DNA of 64,000 bases from Kudoa neothunni (taxonomy: Eukaryota; Animalia; Cnidaria). This document shows positions 1 to 14,300 of this stretch, in pieces. The notes beneath the pieces were generated by a model that made no database searches, was not told the origin of the DNA, and worked only from the letters and a program-made list of their open reading frames with translations. The DNA lies in the NCBI GenBank assembly GCA_964304625.1, contig OZ199838.1, positions 4,177,154 to 4,241,153 on the forward strand, read 5' to 3'. The first letter of the stretch is position 1. Every line of letters starts with the position of its first letter. The translations under genes were made by a program, and so were the position numbers.

Positions 1-226
1 ATTTTGGATACATTTAACGAGATGTTAAGCTAATAAGCACTGGCATCAATATTTTAGCCTTAGCGGTAACCAACGAAGTATCATCGAATCGTATTGTCAA
101 GGATTAGTCAATAGAATAACATTTGATTATTTCAGTGCTTTATCGACAACCAACATCTTAAAATAATGTATGTCTTCAGTAATAAATTTAATATCTTTAT
201 TTAATTCACATGAGGCATAAATTTTA

Positions 227-937
227 GGCAGTGGCTATTTCACGGGCCATTAATTTATAAATTCTTAAGCATATACAAATGACCCTAAAATAACGTACCT
301 GGCTGAATGTGAACAGGTTTTTTAACTTTCGAAACAGACTAACAATCAAAGTATTCGTTCACAAATGTTTTAAACAGTTTGGAAAATTTATAACGACTAT
401 TTTTTCATGATTATGTGCATGCTACAGATTAATTTGGTATGCCAGAGTGAAAAATCAGAATTTATTTAAGGTTGGCATGAAGTTGAATTCTTTTGATAAA
501 TTAGAAAGTGCTATAAAGATTTATGAAACGACATCATATTTTGGCTTGTATTAATGCCAGGAAGAATCCTCTTAAATATTGAAAGCGCAATAACTAAATC
601 AACCACTCCACTTATCGTTACTACGAAATTACGTATCGATGTGTTTTCGATGATACTAACAGGCTCACAAATAATGGATAATGAAATATAAGACAATTCC
701 AAAATGTCTGTTCTGTTAAACTTGCACTGAGAGTGAACGAGGACGGATTGTCTATTGACTTGCGTACTTCTATTTTGGATTTAACCACCTACATATCGTC
801 ATAATTGTATAACGTATACATTTATCGACGAATTTGTAAGCAATGATATTTATTGAGATTATTCCAATCTACAAAATTATAATAAATTTTATCCGTTAGT
901 TTTAGAGATATTAATCGTCTGTGAAATAGCCAATGCC
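227..937 (+). mobile_element. Decayed non-autonomous Mutator/MULE element
   Basis: Inverted termini GGCAGTGGCTATTTCAC (227) and GTGAAATAGCCAATGCC (937) with imperfect flanking repeats (taaatttta/taatttgaa). Broken + strand peptide FKVGMKLNSFDKLESAIKIYE...YYEITYRC...CSVKLALRVNEDG resembles the N-terminus of ZSWIM3-like MULE transposases. Confidence 0.65.
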
Positions 938-1673
938 TAATTTGAATGCTAATTTGTTGATATAATTTATTAAGAAAATAAAAGCCTCGATTATTAGTGT
1001 AGATATTCTGTATCTATTCGGTAAACTAAATAACAATTGCTTATGCATTAAGATTTGAAGGCGTTTACAACGTCACATATAAACATAAGTGCATATACTT
1101 AAGAATTTATAAATCAATTGCTCTCTATGGATTATGTTAATATATGAATTTTCAACAAATTCTATCTATTAGTTTTAGAGACATTAATTTCCTGTTACTA
1201 AATTTTACCTAAATGTAAATATAATATTTATTTCCAAAGATTATGGAAAATATTTCACGAAGGAATCTAAGAAAATAAACGAAATTTAAGATACAACCAA
1301 CCAGTGCGCACGACTGACTGTATTAACAGATTAACTTGTTTAAGGTAATTACAATCTCAAGCCAGTCGAGGTTAACTTGGACGCACCTTACAATCCAATA
1401 AAACAAAACCCACTCAAAAAATATCCAACATTCCCGAAAACCACAAATATCAATGTAATTAAAACAAACAAATCCACTGTAGAATTTTCACACCATCGGC
1501 AAACAAAACAATCATATGATTTATTGATTTAAACAATAAACAAATTTGAAGATATATATATATATATATACACATAGATGAATGCACAGTATAGATATTT
1601 TTCATATTAAATCATTCAAAAGAAAAATAATGGTAGATAATTCAAAAAATTAGTGTGTACACATCAATAACAA

Positions 1674-2124
1674 TTACAGAATGTTTTCCAAAGAATTGGC
1701 ATCTCTGGGTATGTATTCGATTCCATCAGCCTGGAGATCTTCGATGATATTTGAAGGAAGAGAGCCAGCCACGGATATCGCGTAACATCCAGCAACGTAG
1801 TTGTCCAAAAACTGCCATTTGGCAACCCAACTATCAGATGGTTCCATCATTGAAATAATACTACATATGTTCCAGTAAACAAATATTATCTCCAAAAATT
1901 TGATACCCATAAAAGTTGGTGGTAGTACAAGACATTAATCTATCACGGCTTGCTGCAATTCGAAGATATCGTTCACAATTGTCACATCCATCCCTTTCAA
2001 ACAATTCGGATGACTAAAATGGAATAATGGAACTGACACTAGGTCTAAAAACCTTGAGCAACGAACAAAGAAGACAACATCGAAGTCCCCTGCTGGTTTT
2101 GGGGATCTGATCTAAGGTTTGCAT
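1674..2124 (-). CDS. SPT4: Transcription elongation factor SPT4 (DSIF small subunit), 121 aa; exons 2053-2124, 1907-2013, 1674-1860
   Basis: Spliced product [41 protein letters not shown]...CTTTNFYG-IISMMEPSDSWVAKWQ...GCYAISVAGSLP has the SPT4 zinc finger (CxxC...CxxC) and the SWVAKWQ motif. GT-AG introns of 39 and 46 nt keep the frame. Confidence 0.95.
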
Positions 2125-2318
2125 TGTTTTCGTGAGTAGTCGGCGATCCGAAAATTGTAACTGCTAATAGTGCTGGGGGTCGTCAGAAAAATATAATCCT
2201 GAAGGTAGATCCGTTTGAAATTTTACAGCGCGGTATATCAAAACTGGGAGAGTATCTGAGTGAAATATAGAGCCGTTTTTATGAGTTTTGACTCGGTGAC
2301 TAATGATCGTCGTTTTAG
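2125..2318. promoter_or_regulatory. Short divergent (bidirectional) promoter/5'UTR region shared by SPT4 and Domino
   Basis: Only 194 bp separate the two divergent ATGs, and the region is GC-richer than its flanks. Promoter function is inferred. Confidence 0.6.
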
Positions 2319-5300
2319 ATGCCTAAAGAGGAAATAACCAGCTACTACGATGCTAATATAAAAGGAAAATTGGTTGAAATAGTGAGAAATGAGCTGACCA
2401 CCTTGGAAGGTGTTCATGTGAATGATGTTGAAGAACTTTATTTCCTTGAAAGGAACGGTGCCTTTTCTGACTATATGCATTGGAGAAAAAAGCTCAAGAC
2501 TGATACTGACTTTGTTGGATTTGTTGGCAGAATTTCAAATTTTTATAACGATTCCAAGTTGAAACAACCGCGAACAGATTCATCAACCATTCATTTCAAT
2601 TTGAAGTGGAACGATTTCGCTAATGAACACCCTGTCGAAAACAAAGCATTTGAGAAACAACTATCCTACTTCCTTGAGCTGAACAATGAGTTCGCAAATG
2701 ATATGGAACGAGATAGTGCTATATTGGGCAGGGTGGAAGAGTTGAAATCGGAGAAAAAGTGGGGTCTGAAATTGGATGAGGCCTGTCCCGAATTAGCTAT
2801 GGTGTACGAGCCAAAGCTCAACAAAACACATCGTGATTTTTTGTTGGACGAAGTGGTGTGGTTGGCTACTGATTTCCACATGGAACAACGATGGAAAAGA
2901 AATGTGGCAAAAAAATTTGCAATCTCTTGTAAACGTGTTCATCGAGAAAGAGAAGATCTCAGAAATCAATCACTACAGATGGATTTGCGCGCCAAAAAAC
3001 ATGCCAAACTGGTTTCAAAACTTGTTTCCGATTTTTGGTCCAATATCAACAAAATTCAACAAATTAAAATCAAAAAATTTATCGAGTATCAAAAGCAACA
3101 AGAACTTAATGAGCGTCTCAAAAATTTTGTCGACAAAACTCAACAATACTCTTCCAATATCGCTAACAAACTAACAACAGCTGGATCCACCTCTAACACT
3201 TCTGAAAACGACTTTTCTTGTGACGAATTTGACCCAAGTGATATTCATGAGGATTCCGACCAATTAGAAGAAGATATGAAAGAGTTTATCGACGAGGAAA
3301 ACCTCATTGATAACAGTAAACTTAATGAAGAACTCAACCACTTGAATGATGATGGAAAAATGAGTCTCGATGATTTGATCAGTAATCTTCCAAAGGAATA
3401 TCTTGATGAATATAGAAAAAACTCTGAAAATTACAATTTTAAGCATGTTCCGAGTGCTGGTGAAGGCGAAGACAGAGCTTCATCCTCTGCTTCGATCAGA
3501 AGACAATCCTCTTCCAGTTATCTCGATGTCCTCGACAATGATGAGGACGCTGATTTAAATGAAGTGTCTTGTATCAATCGTTACAACAATTTGGCTGATA
3601 CGGACATAGATGATGACAACAATAGTGTTGAATCGTCCACAACTGCTAGCACATTCGATAACGCCAATCCTGACATAGAGTTGATGGTCGAAAATGCCAA
3701 CCGTTATAAACCCACCGGCATTACTATTTCTACCGCCAACTGCAATATTGAACAACCATTTTTGCTGCGTGGAAATTTACGTGAATATCAACTTGTCGGA
3801 CTAAATTGGTTACTCAGTCTTCATGATAACAATCTCAACGGAATTCTTGCCGATGAAATGGGGCTCGGAAAAACTATTCAAACTATTGCTCTTATTGCCC
3901 ATTTAGCTGGAACCGTCGGTGAATGGGGTCCACATCTTATTATCGTTCCTTCAAGTGTGATCCTCAATTGGGAGTGTGAATTCAAAAAATGGTGTCCTTC
4001 ACTTAAAGTGCTTGCTTACTATGGTAGGACAAAAGAAAGAAAAGCCAAAAGACATGTAAGTTTTCCACTTTTTTAGTTAAATGCATTATTTTAAATCTCA
4101 TACCGAAACTACATAATTGCACTATTTCAACAGTGTTAATATTTAAGATGCTATTTTTTCTGTGTTTGTAGTAATTAGTATAATTAGATTGACCAATATT
4201 ATTAAATTGATTAATATAGTGAAATTAATTAGTTTTGCTGTAGCTATTAATCCATACAAATTTAATTTTGATTGTGATTTGCGCAATCTCTATGTTTAAC
4301 CTCCTCAGGTTCTCAGTAATGAGTTTCAGACATAGTTTATTTTTAATATACAGCTATAATTAATTATTTCTATTTCGTTTGTGTTCTTCGGGTTGAAGAA
4401 GAATAGACTGTTTGTAAACGATTGACGCTGTACCAGATCTTAAATGAACAGTTTAGACATGTTCGTTGTTTTACTTCGATTTCTTAAAGACTAATTACAG
4501 TTATTGTTTTCTAAAACTTTTTTGATTGTTTAACCCTTATGGGGCGGGCAGACGGGGTATTTTAGGAACCTCGATTATTTTATTTGTCTGAATTTCTATT
4601 TTTACCTTTTTATTGTCTCTAATATTGTTCAACTAATCTTTTGATATCAAATAAACAAGCAATTCATTCCTTAAGGATATAAAATAATAAACTACTTTTT
4701 CGAAACTGAACCAACAGTCTTTAGTGTTTATAGGCCTTTGAATCTCGTATATTTATTATTTATTTAATTTCAACTAAAAATAATTTTTAAACGAATAGGA
4801 ATATGACTATGTTTTGATTTTATTTTCTACCGGAAGAATCCGACAAGCTTGGAGATTATTGTAAGACACGAGCGCTCTTGGCAATATATTAATCGTGAAG
4901 TATAAATCGATTAATATTTAATTTTGTTCCAAACTGATTTTTCTTTTTACATCAGCAATGATTTTTACCATAGAATAAAAATTCTAACAGAACAGGTAGT
5001 TATTTGGAGGGAAGGAAATATTCCTACGATTCAATACCACGATCGCAAAATGAGATTAACGTGAATTTTCGGATATCTTTGTTGTGGCGGGTCTGTCGGT
5101 TGTTCCTTTCAGATGACAAATTCATGTGAAAAGCAACCTTGAGTTTTCCAATAATTAGTTGATAGCTTCATACAAGCATAACCTATACTTTTGGAGGAAT
5201 TGCTTGTTTATTCTCGCTTTTTTATTAAAAGTGATGGCTACGGACTGCTTGTATTTTTCCCTAATTGGTTAAATATTTTTACAGTTGGGGCGGATATTTT

Positions 5301-8300
5301 TATTTTTCATTAATGTAAAAACCACGTAAAACAAATTTTTTACCCATGTGAACGAATTAAATTTAAAAACCTCTGGGGTACCTTAGGTACCCTCTTAGGC
5401 ACACACATAAATTTTTTGAGCTCCGTCTTCCAAGGGTTGAGCACAAATTGTTGTCACGATTTCCTGTTATTTAATATATTCAATATTTTTCAATTTAGTG
5501 CTAACTAAAGTCTCAATTGACTCGCTTATTAAAGTATTAATTCGATTTCAAGTCATTCTTAGAATTTTTGCGTAGCAATTCTATGGTAATACACCGAATT
5601 TAAATTTCGATGTATCTATTTTAACTTAAGAGAATTATTCACTTTTCTAATGTCACTATATCGCTGTTACAGTTTAAGGGAGTGGCGTTTATCTAATATC
5701 ATCCTATTAGTATGAGATATATCTCTGATATGTGCTATATTGGTTTTAAGAAGCTAATTATATTATCATAGTCTAATTCAAATATAAAACTTAATTTTAA
5801 ATTATAATTGTCATTATGTAAGATTATAACAAGTTATCCTTAAGTTTATACGTTTATTTGGTGAAAGTCCGACTTATTTTTGTGTTAATTCTGGCATGCA
5901 TTTAACCTTTTCTTTACAATATGCAGCACAAGTCTTTCAATACAATTATTATTGTTTGCTAAAGCTAGTCGGCATGGCGCTACATAATTAGTCCTGTTGG
6001 TAATTAATTTGATCGTCGCTTGACGAATTTGTTTTAATTTTTCTTCGATAATCGGCTTCATTGAATTACATATGCTAATGAAAAAGAGCGTTGGCATTAG
6101 TCCGTACAGATTTAATTTAAAATATTATCTTTGCGCGCGCGATATCATTTTTATTCGTCAATACCTCTTTTTATAGATTTCGTATATAGTCTTTTTTCTA
6201 GAATCTACCGTAAATGATTATTTCCAACATTTAAGAGTGAGTAATTGGGCTGAAATACCAAACTAGAATTAAATCTGCACGTGTGTATTTAAATTTGTTT
6301 GGCGCAGCAGACAATTCCAATGGAATATTGCCTAATTAAATTATTAGGAATTGTTTACCTTAATTTTGAGTATTTTTTCCATGATTACCGTACATTATGG
6401 ATAATTAACTTTTGTTGTCTATTCCTATTATGTACAAATACACAACAATTAAATATTGACAATGAGTACTAGTCATAACTAGTATCTAAACGTTTATTCT
6501 AATTGTGAGAATTTTTTCTATTATTATCGTTACATCAAAGATAATTAATTTTGGTTGTTTATTATTATTATACATATAAACTCTTATGATATTTAAATAC
6601 TAGTAATGAGCACAGTCTGTAATGATAATAGTTTTAGATAAAAATTATTAGAATGGTTTTCTTTAATCTTAAGCATTTGTACACTTTTTTTATTATTTTT
6701 ATCGTTTATTCGTACTATATATATATATATACTCCTATAGCATTTAATATTGGAATGAATACGGTTTGTAATTATAATAATTATTATCTAATGATTAATT
6801 ACTTTTATTATACATATTTATTCAATGTTTATCATTATATTATTGATAAACGAATATATTTGTATTATTTGATGTAAATCAATTTTTTATATAGGGCTGG
6901 TCAAAAGAAAATGCGTTCCACGTTTGTATCACATCATTTCAATTGGCCATACAGGATAACATCATGTTTAAAAAACGTCGTTGGTACTATTTGATCATTG
7001 ATGAAGCACACAACATTCGTAATAGCAAGTCGGTTCGTTGGAATATGCTTCTGGGTTTGAACACCCAACGCCGCCTGCTACTCACAGGAACACCGTTACA
7101 AAACAATTTGATGGAGTTGTGGTCGTTACTCCACTTTTTGATGCCTCAGTTGTTCAAGTGTGAAGACGCATTCAGACAATGGTTCGCACAACCGATCTCC
7201 TCGATGGTCTTTAATGAGTCGTCCGTTGATGAGACTACTATCACCAAGTTGCATCAAATATTGAGACCATTTATATTGCGACGTTTGAAATGCGAGGTGG
7301 AATTGCAGATTCCCAAGAAATACGAACATGTAATAAAATGTGAATTGTCACCCAGACAGCGCGCTCTCTATAACGAGTACATGATGCTAGATAGCACCAA
7401 ATCGGCGTTGCAGGCCGGAAATTTCATGTCAGTTATGCAAATACTTATTCAATTGAGAAAGGTTTGCAATCATCCTGATTTGTTCGAACCTCGTCCGGTG
7501 GTGTCTTCGTTTGTGGTTGACCCTCCTAGTAGCAGCTTTAGAGTGCGAGAGATCGCATCAATTTGTGATTTTTCGAAATCATACTTGTCACTGATTGATG
7601 AAGACCGAATGGTGCTGTTAGAAAAACATCCCTTACTAAAAGCAGATGTGCATTTTGTTAGTGTGTCGTCTAATAACCCAGCTGTTAATTCTAATCGTGG
7701 GACGCGAAAACGTAAAGCAGATGAGGCATCCACGTTGGCGGAGGACAACCACAACGCCACTGTGTCAGGTAGCTCCGCCGCCTCTACAACTCAAAAACCT
7801 AATTTTTATTCTGTCGAGCATTATGTGAAACGATTTTCCAATTTTATCGATACATGCATAGAACAACTTAAAAAATCTACTACGACAGCAAATCCACCTG
7901 ACACTGTGAACAGTGGCTCAAATTTGATCAATGGGAATCACGTTCTACACGCCGTCGTCCCAATTATCACATCCAATCGTCAAATTGGCACGGTTAGTGC
8001 AAGTGAACTCAAAAAGGCACAATCATCTAAATTATGCAATTGTACATACAAATGTAATGGATGTGGTAGCGATCATTTGAACGATACCATCTCAGTTCCA
8101 CATCTTAGAGCTGTTGTTGAGGATCAACCATCCAATAAACGTTACGTCCAACTGTTGAAGCAATTCGCCATTCGAAATATTACTCGAATTTTAGAGTTTT
8201 CCAACCAACAGCAAATCGTGCCAAATTACAACGACTGTTTCGAGCCTCAATTTTTACATTGGTGTGATAACAATCATTTACAACGCGATCCGTCTAATTC

Positions 8301-11300
8301 TGATCCCAAAAGCTGTTTGAATTCACTTTTTAATGTGTCCACCAATTATCTTAGACAATTTGTCCCATTTGCGATTCGTGAGATTTTGATGAATGCGATG
8401 CGTGCTATAGCATTTTCGTTCGAGCTAACAAAATGTTCAAACACTTTCTCGTTAAGTTCTACCAATAATTTTATACATTATCTTTCTCATTCCATAAATT
8501 CCTATCGTGAAGAAAATTCCGCTGATAATAGTGCGTGTGCTGTTTTCGATAATTTATGGAAGGTGTTCGCCAAAAGACAATTGTCTTTCCCTCAAACACG
8601 CCTTATTCAGTACGATTGTGGCAAATTGCAATTTCTTGACGATTTTCTGAAAAAATTGTTCCATGCAGGCCATCGTGTCCTTATCTTCACTCAAATGTCT
8701 AAAATGTTGGATATCTTGGAGAAATTTTTATCCTATCATCACTTCACTTATTTACGTTTGGATGGCAGCACTAAAATCGAACATCGACAGTATATGATGG
8801 ACTTGTTTAACAATGATGAATCTATTTTTGCGTTCATTTTGTCTACTCGGGCTGGTGGTCTCGGTTTAAATTTGACCGGCGCTGATACTGTTATTTTCTA
8901 TGATAACGACTGGAATCCAACCGTCGATGCTCAGGCTCAGGATCGTTGCCATCGAATTGGTCAAATAAGAGATGTCCACATTTATCGTTTGGTGTGTAGA
9001 AATACAGTGGAAGAAAACATTCTCAAACGTGCTCAACAAAAACGAATGTTAGCAGATGTGACCATCGAAGGAGGAAATTTCACTGTGTCCCAGTTAGAGG
9101 AAAACTTTATTACCGAAATATTTGGTCAAAATGATGACTCGGAATTTGCTCCTTCGGAATCTGCCGTAGCATCATCCAATGTCGATACATCTAATTTCGA
9201 AAATGTAATTTTAACTCGCACAAATCACTCAATATATTTTCAGATTCAAAAATCTTATTAATGTGTCGTATACTTATTAAATTTCTGATTAGGTCCTGAA
9301 ATGTGTTGAGAAAATTGAAGGCATTGACGATGTTGATATGATGTCGTCGACTGCCGCCTCTACTCATGCTGCCTCCAGTCGTCAACAACCTTCCGCTTAT
9401 GATGATTTTTGCGAAGAAATCGTTGCACTCGAGAGCGATATGTTGCCTGTGGAAAGGTTCGCATTGTACTACCTGGAGTCTGTACTTACAGAGGAATTGG
9501 ATCCAGCCGCATTTGATGGGGCTGCACCTAAAAATAACGACAACAATGAAATCGGCAACAACAATGTTACTGCTTTCTCACATGAAAACCACTCTTCCGA
9601 GAATCAATTGGTGGGTAAGTGTAATGTATGTAAAATGTTCGATTGTTTTCGATGGTGTTATCTACCTACTTTAGATAGATAACTTTCCAGAAAGATTAGA
9701 GGATATGCGTAACCATCCCCCTCCGAACTTTTCCTCCTCCAATAATTATCTTAATGATAACTATTTTAAACCTGCTGTTGAGTTTTGTGATACCGTTGAT
9801 GCAGAAACAACGTCTGTTACCAATGAAAATGTTCAGTTTGGAAATTTTCTTCTACAAGACATCAAAAAGGTTCGTTATAAATGATATTTGATTGTTAATA
9901 ACTGATCGCGCCCTCTGGATTGTTCTATTTGTAATTATTATCCTTGATGGTTCAGTGTGCGCTTTTTTGTTTCTCTTAACTTTTAATAAGTTACGACAAT
10001 CAACACAATAACAAGTTAATTTACCAACATTTAGGCGAAATTTTTGATAAGTAGAATTATCAAAAGCGTCAAATTTAAACATTAATAAGATCTAATAAAT
10101 GTAGTTTAAAAAATAATACATGATTCTAACTTAAGTAGGATTACTGTTCGCATATAGACGACTTTATCTACGGTTGGTTTGTTTTCTTTATTTTTCTAAG
10201 ATATTTATGAATTACAGACTTTGATCGATTTTTGTTCGTTTCCAAATTTATATGATTTTTACAGATTTAAGGAAATCTCTTAAGTTGATAATTATTCACC
10301 ATTGCTAAAGGATGGTGCTTTTTTATTTTGGTTTTGTTATGTGTTGTAGATGGTTAGCTCACAATCAATGAATCAGTGATTCTAATTTTTATTAGCGTGC
10401 AAGCGACATTAAATTCCGACATCCACCTTATTTTAGTTGTGTAATACTTTTAAATCAAAAATTATTTTACCACACAGTTCATAAAAAATTTCCATTTATC
10501 GCATGCTAATCTTAACACATTTTAGATGTCATCAGATGACGGTTATAATCTATGGTTGCCGTGTGGTACGAATTGTTTCTCAATCTTAAATGATGTGTAT
10601 AATGTGGATTCAACACAATTGTCAAATAATCTAACCTGTGAACCACTATTAAATGATCCTAGTAATGATAATAACAAGATTTCACATGAATCTAATCTAC
10701 CGTTGACTATTAATGAGGGTATCCATAATTCAAATACTGCTGCGTCTGCAGCTGTCTATACAAAATCATCTATATTACCAGACAATTGTATCTATGACAC
10801 TCAATCATACTTTTGTAATGAGACATATAATAATTCAGGTGTTGAGAATAATAACGAGAATCGGCCTGTTGTTGAAAGTGTGGCAGCTGCCGGTGATACT
10901 ATGGCGCTATCTGATCAAATGATGCTGGTTAATTTTCTTTCTTGTTTAATGTCGGCTGGTGACGCCTCCACTCAAGAAGCCAACTTAGTTAACGACAAAC
11001 TAAAAATTCAAGACCTTGCATGGTTGGTGCGTCCAAACTTTTATGACTATTCATTGACCGACAATGATGTTAATTGTATTGTGTCCTGTGCTGATCACTG
11101 GAACAACGCTTACTATTATGCCGATAATCCAGGTAGTGATGAATTGACAGCTGAGCTACTTTTCCAAGAGGAAAGTTTGTCTGTAGTCACTCCTACGAAC
11201 ACCACTACCTTAAAACAATATCTTAACAAATATCCAGATATTTTCTCTAAAAGATATGCCGAAATGATGGACACATTGATATCGTCGACAACAAAGACCA

Positions 11301-14300
11301 ACTCAACAAAATCAAAATGTTCTCGTTCTTTTTGTTGTTACAGTGACATGCCTCATTTATCTCGTTTTAATAACAGCATACACACAGAAAAGTGTTACAA
11401 CACATTTACTATTAAGTGCCCTAGGCGAATAATGGCTCAGTTGTACGCTGTCATGGTTGATGTGCTGGAAAAAGAAACTGACCCCGTCAATTGGGAGTTT
11501 TTCAGGTTTACATTTTCCGCACTCTCGCACATCCCATATCCCATTTCTCATCGTCATTTTCACAGTTGGAGTGTTAGTAACAAGCAGCTGAAATCAAAAT
11601 TCGCGGATGCCCACAAATGCGATAAAATTCTTATCCACATCACCAATGCGTCCGGTAAATCTTATGTGAGAACGAAAAATCTAAAGCACCGAAGAATATG
11701 CAAGGATACGGCTAATAATTCATTGTTGTCAGCCGTCACAGTTACAAAATATTCTCAATTTCACACCAAACCTAACACCATTTCAAAAGACACTCCGGTA
11801 TTCAACAACAAACGAAACGCTCTCAGTAGAATTTTTGATCGAATAAAGAAAAAACACCGTCTTATGAACCTTCAACAACCTAATCAATTTTCCAGTGTTG
11901 AAAGTTCTACTATTACTGCTGGTGGAGTCACCTCATACCCGAGCGGTCAACGACGAATTGTTGACCAAAACAAATATGTTACCACCCCTACTTCGGATAA
12001 ATTGCGATCGTCACATTATCCATTGCAACAACCGAAATTACCTTGCTTGTTATCCAGTGTAAGAAAACGTCGCACACTACTTGAGAGCAACGTAATGATG
12101 CACAATCAAGATAAAATAGCAAAAGTGAAACAACATGTTTCACGTATCTCAATCAATGATCATCTCTTGTTATACCGCGATCTCAGCCCCAAGACTATTA
12201 AAAATCTAAAGCTTATAGATGGTAAATTCGTCAAGATTCCACCCTCGATTCCCCCCGCAGCTGCAGTATCGCATGTCAACCATGGAACTAATCCCCGAAC
12301 TACGATGAACCATTCTAGTATTTCTCGAGTTGGGGCGACGTCACATTTACAGCACGCTATCAATTTGAAAACATTTCCAAGCACTATTTCTTCCACTTCT
12401 GGTGCGATCTCTTCTTCCGGCCACAGATCTCAGTTTTCTAATCTCCAAAATGTTTCAACAAGTAGTGGCACAAGCAGCCAGTTAGGCTATCAAAATCAAA
12501 ATATTCCTAGAGCTGTAAATTATCAGCGCGTGAGTATGCCAAAAACGGCGGCTATTTCGATTCCGAACAATTCAAACAATCAAACAAGTTCTAGTCATAT
12601 TTCTTCTGCCGCTCAACACAAATCCACTGCAGCTTCAACCTCTAAAAACACTGGGAACTTTAATTTCAACCAAATTCCTGCTACGAACTCGAAGAACGCG
12701 AAATTAGCATCCCAAAACAATCAAAATATGACCTTTTCTGGTATAACTACACCTTCGGCTAACTTAAATACCAATAATACACGAACCTCAACCAGTATCA
12801 ACAACGCCAATGTAAATAATCATGGCAATAGTACCAAAGGGATCGCATCCTACAAATCAGCCAGTACCGCTACTACTGCAACTATTACTGGAACCGCCGA
12901 AAAAGTAGTTCAATCATCAGGTTCACATGGTGGATCTGTAGCAAGAGTTGTCTTTCCCAGTGGTAATGGCAACGGTGGTGGCGGCCAGGGATTGGCATCA
13001 GTTAAACCCCATACAAATACTGGATTGCCTAGCGGAAACGTTCCTGGCATCACACTAACCAATATTAACACCAACTATAACAACAAATTAGTAAATTTGC
13101 CCGTGGCTTCTCCTCAAAAAAGGGCTAGTCCTGCAGCTCCTAAGACCCAATTAACCAATTCACAACGATCAATGACCTTGCAACAACAATCACAATTTAC
13201 TTCAACCCCCGAAAAACACAAATTTACGCCTGATCCTGGCTACAATTTAAATGCTAGCCATGTTAACGAGAAACAACACTTAGACCCACAGAATATCCAC
13301 ATGGCTACTCAACAGCAACAACAATATCTACTTGCTCCGAAACAGCCACACTCCTATGCACAATTGCAGCAACAAAGTAAGTTAACATTTTTATTAGTCC
13401 AGTTAGATTATAAACTAATCTAGGTGATGTGAATAGCTCGCCCCTAAAGGTCACCAATTTTAATCAACCTTTATCCGCCACCACCAATCCTTCTAACTCT
13501 TATAACTATGTTGACAATACTGGCAATAGCGGTGTTGGCCCGGATCCTGTTCATCCCCGAAATAACGGTGGTGGTCAGTCTAATTTGTCTGCCCAGTTTA
13601 ACCAAATCGGAATTATTAATCCAAACAATGCGCCTAACACTGGTGGTAGTCAAATTTCAACCAATCCTTTGGCCAACATGTCATCTACTCCTATCAATCT
13701 TTCCAATTTTGGTAATTCTAGCGCGCTATCCAATCAATCAAATCGACAAACTATTTCCAATTTCCCTCCTACCAATACTCAACTAATACAACCTCAGCAG
13801 CAGCAACCACAACAACTTTATCAACAACGAACTACCTCTTTACCAAATGTAACCGCAATTCAACAAGTTCTTCAACGATTGACTTGCCTTCAACAACATC
13901 TTGCCCATATTCAGCAACAACAAACTGGGATGCCACCCCATGTATTCCAGCAGCTTCAACAACAGAATCTACTAGCTCAACAACAGCTTCAACAACAACT
14001 TCAGCAGCTGCGACAGCAACAACAAGCTCTTCTTCAGCATCATTCTCATAATGAACAAACTAATACATCCAACCTGCAATCCAGTGTTGCTTACGATATT
14101 GTCAACAACAATGGTGGCGGTTCTGTTGGTAATACTCCCACAAAAACCAATAACAACCTTAATATGCCTGGTTTCAATACTTCAGCTAATAACAATACAC
14201 ATAGTCACGCCGCCAATAACAGCAACAATAACATGATGTTGCATCAAATGCAGTCAACTCAAAATGTTGGAATGAATCCTTCCTCTGCAGCATTGGGTGT

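Noticed and set aside
511-702. Hydrophobic 63-aa minus-strand ORF with splice-like signals
   Set aside because: It could not be spliced into a consistent gene and lies antisense to MULE transposase remnants within TIRs.
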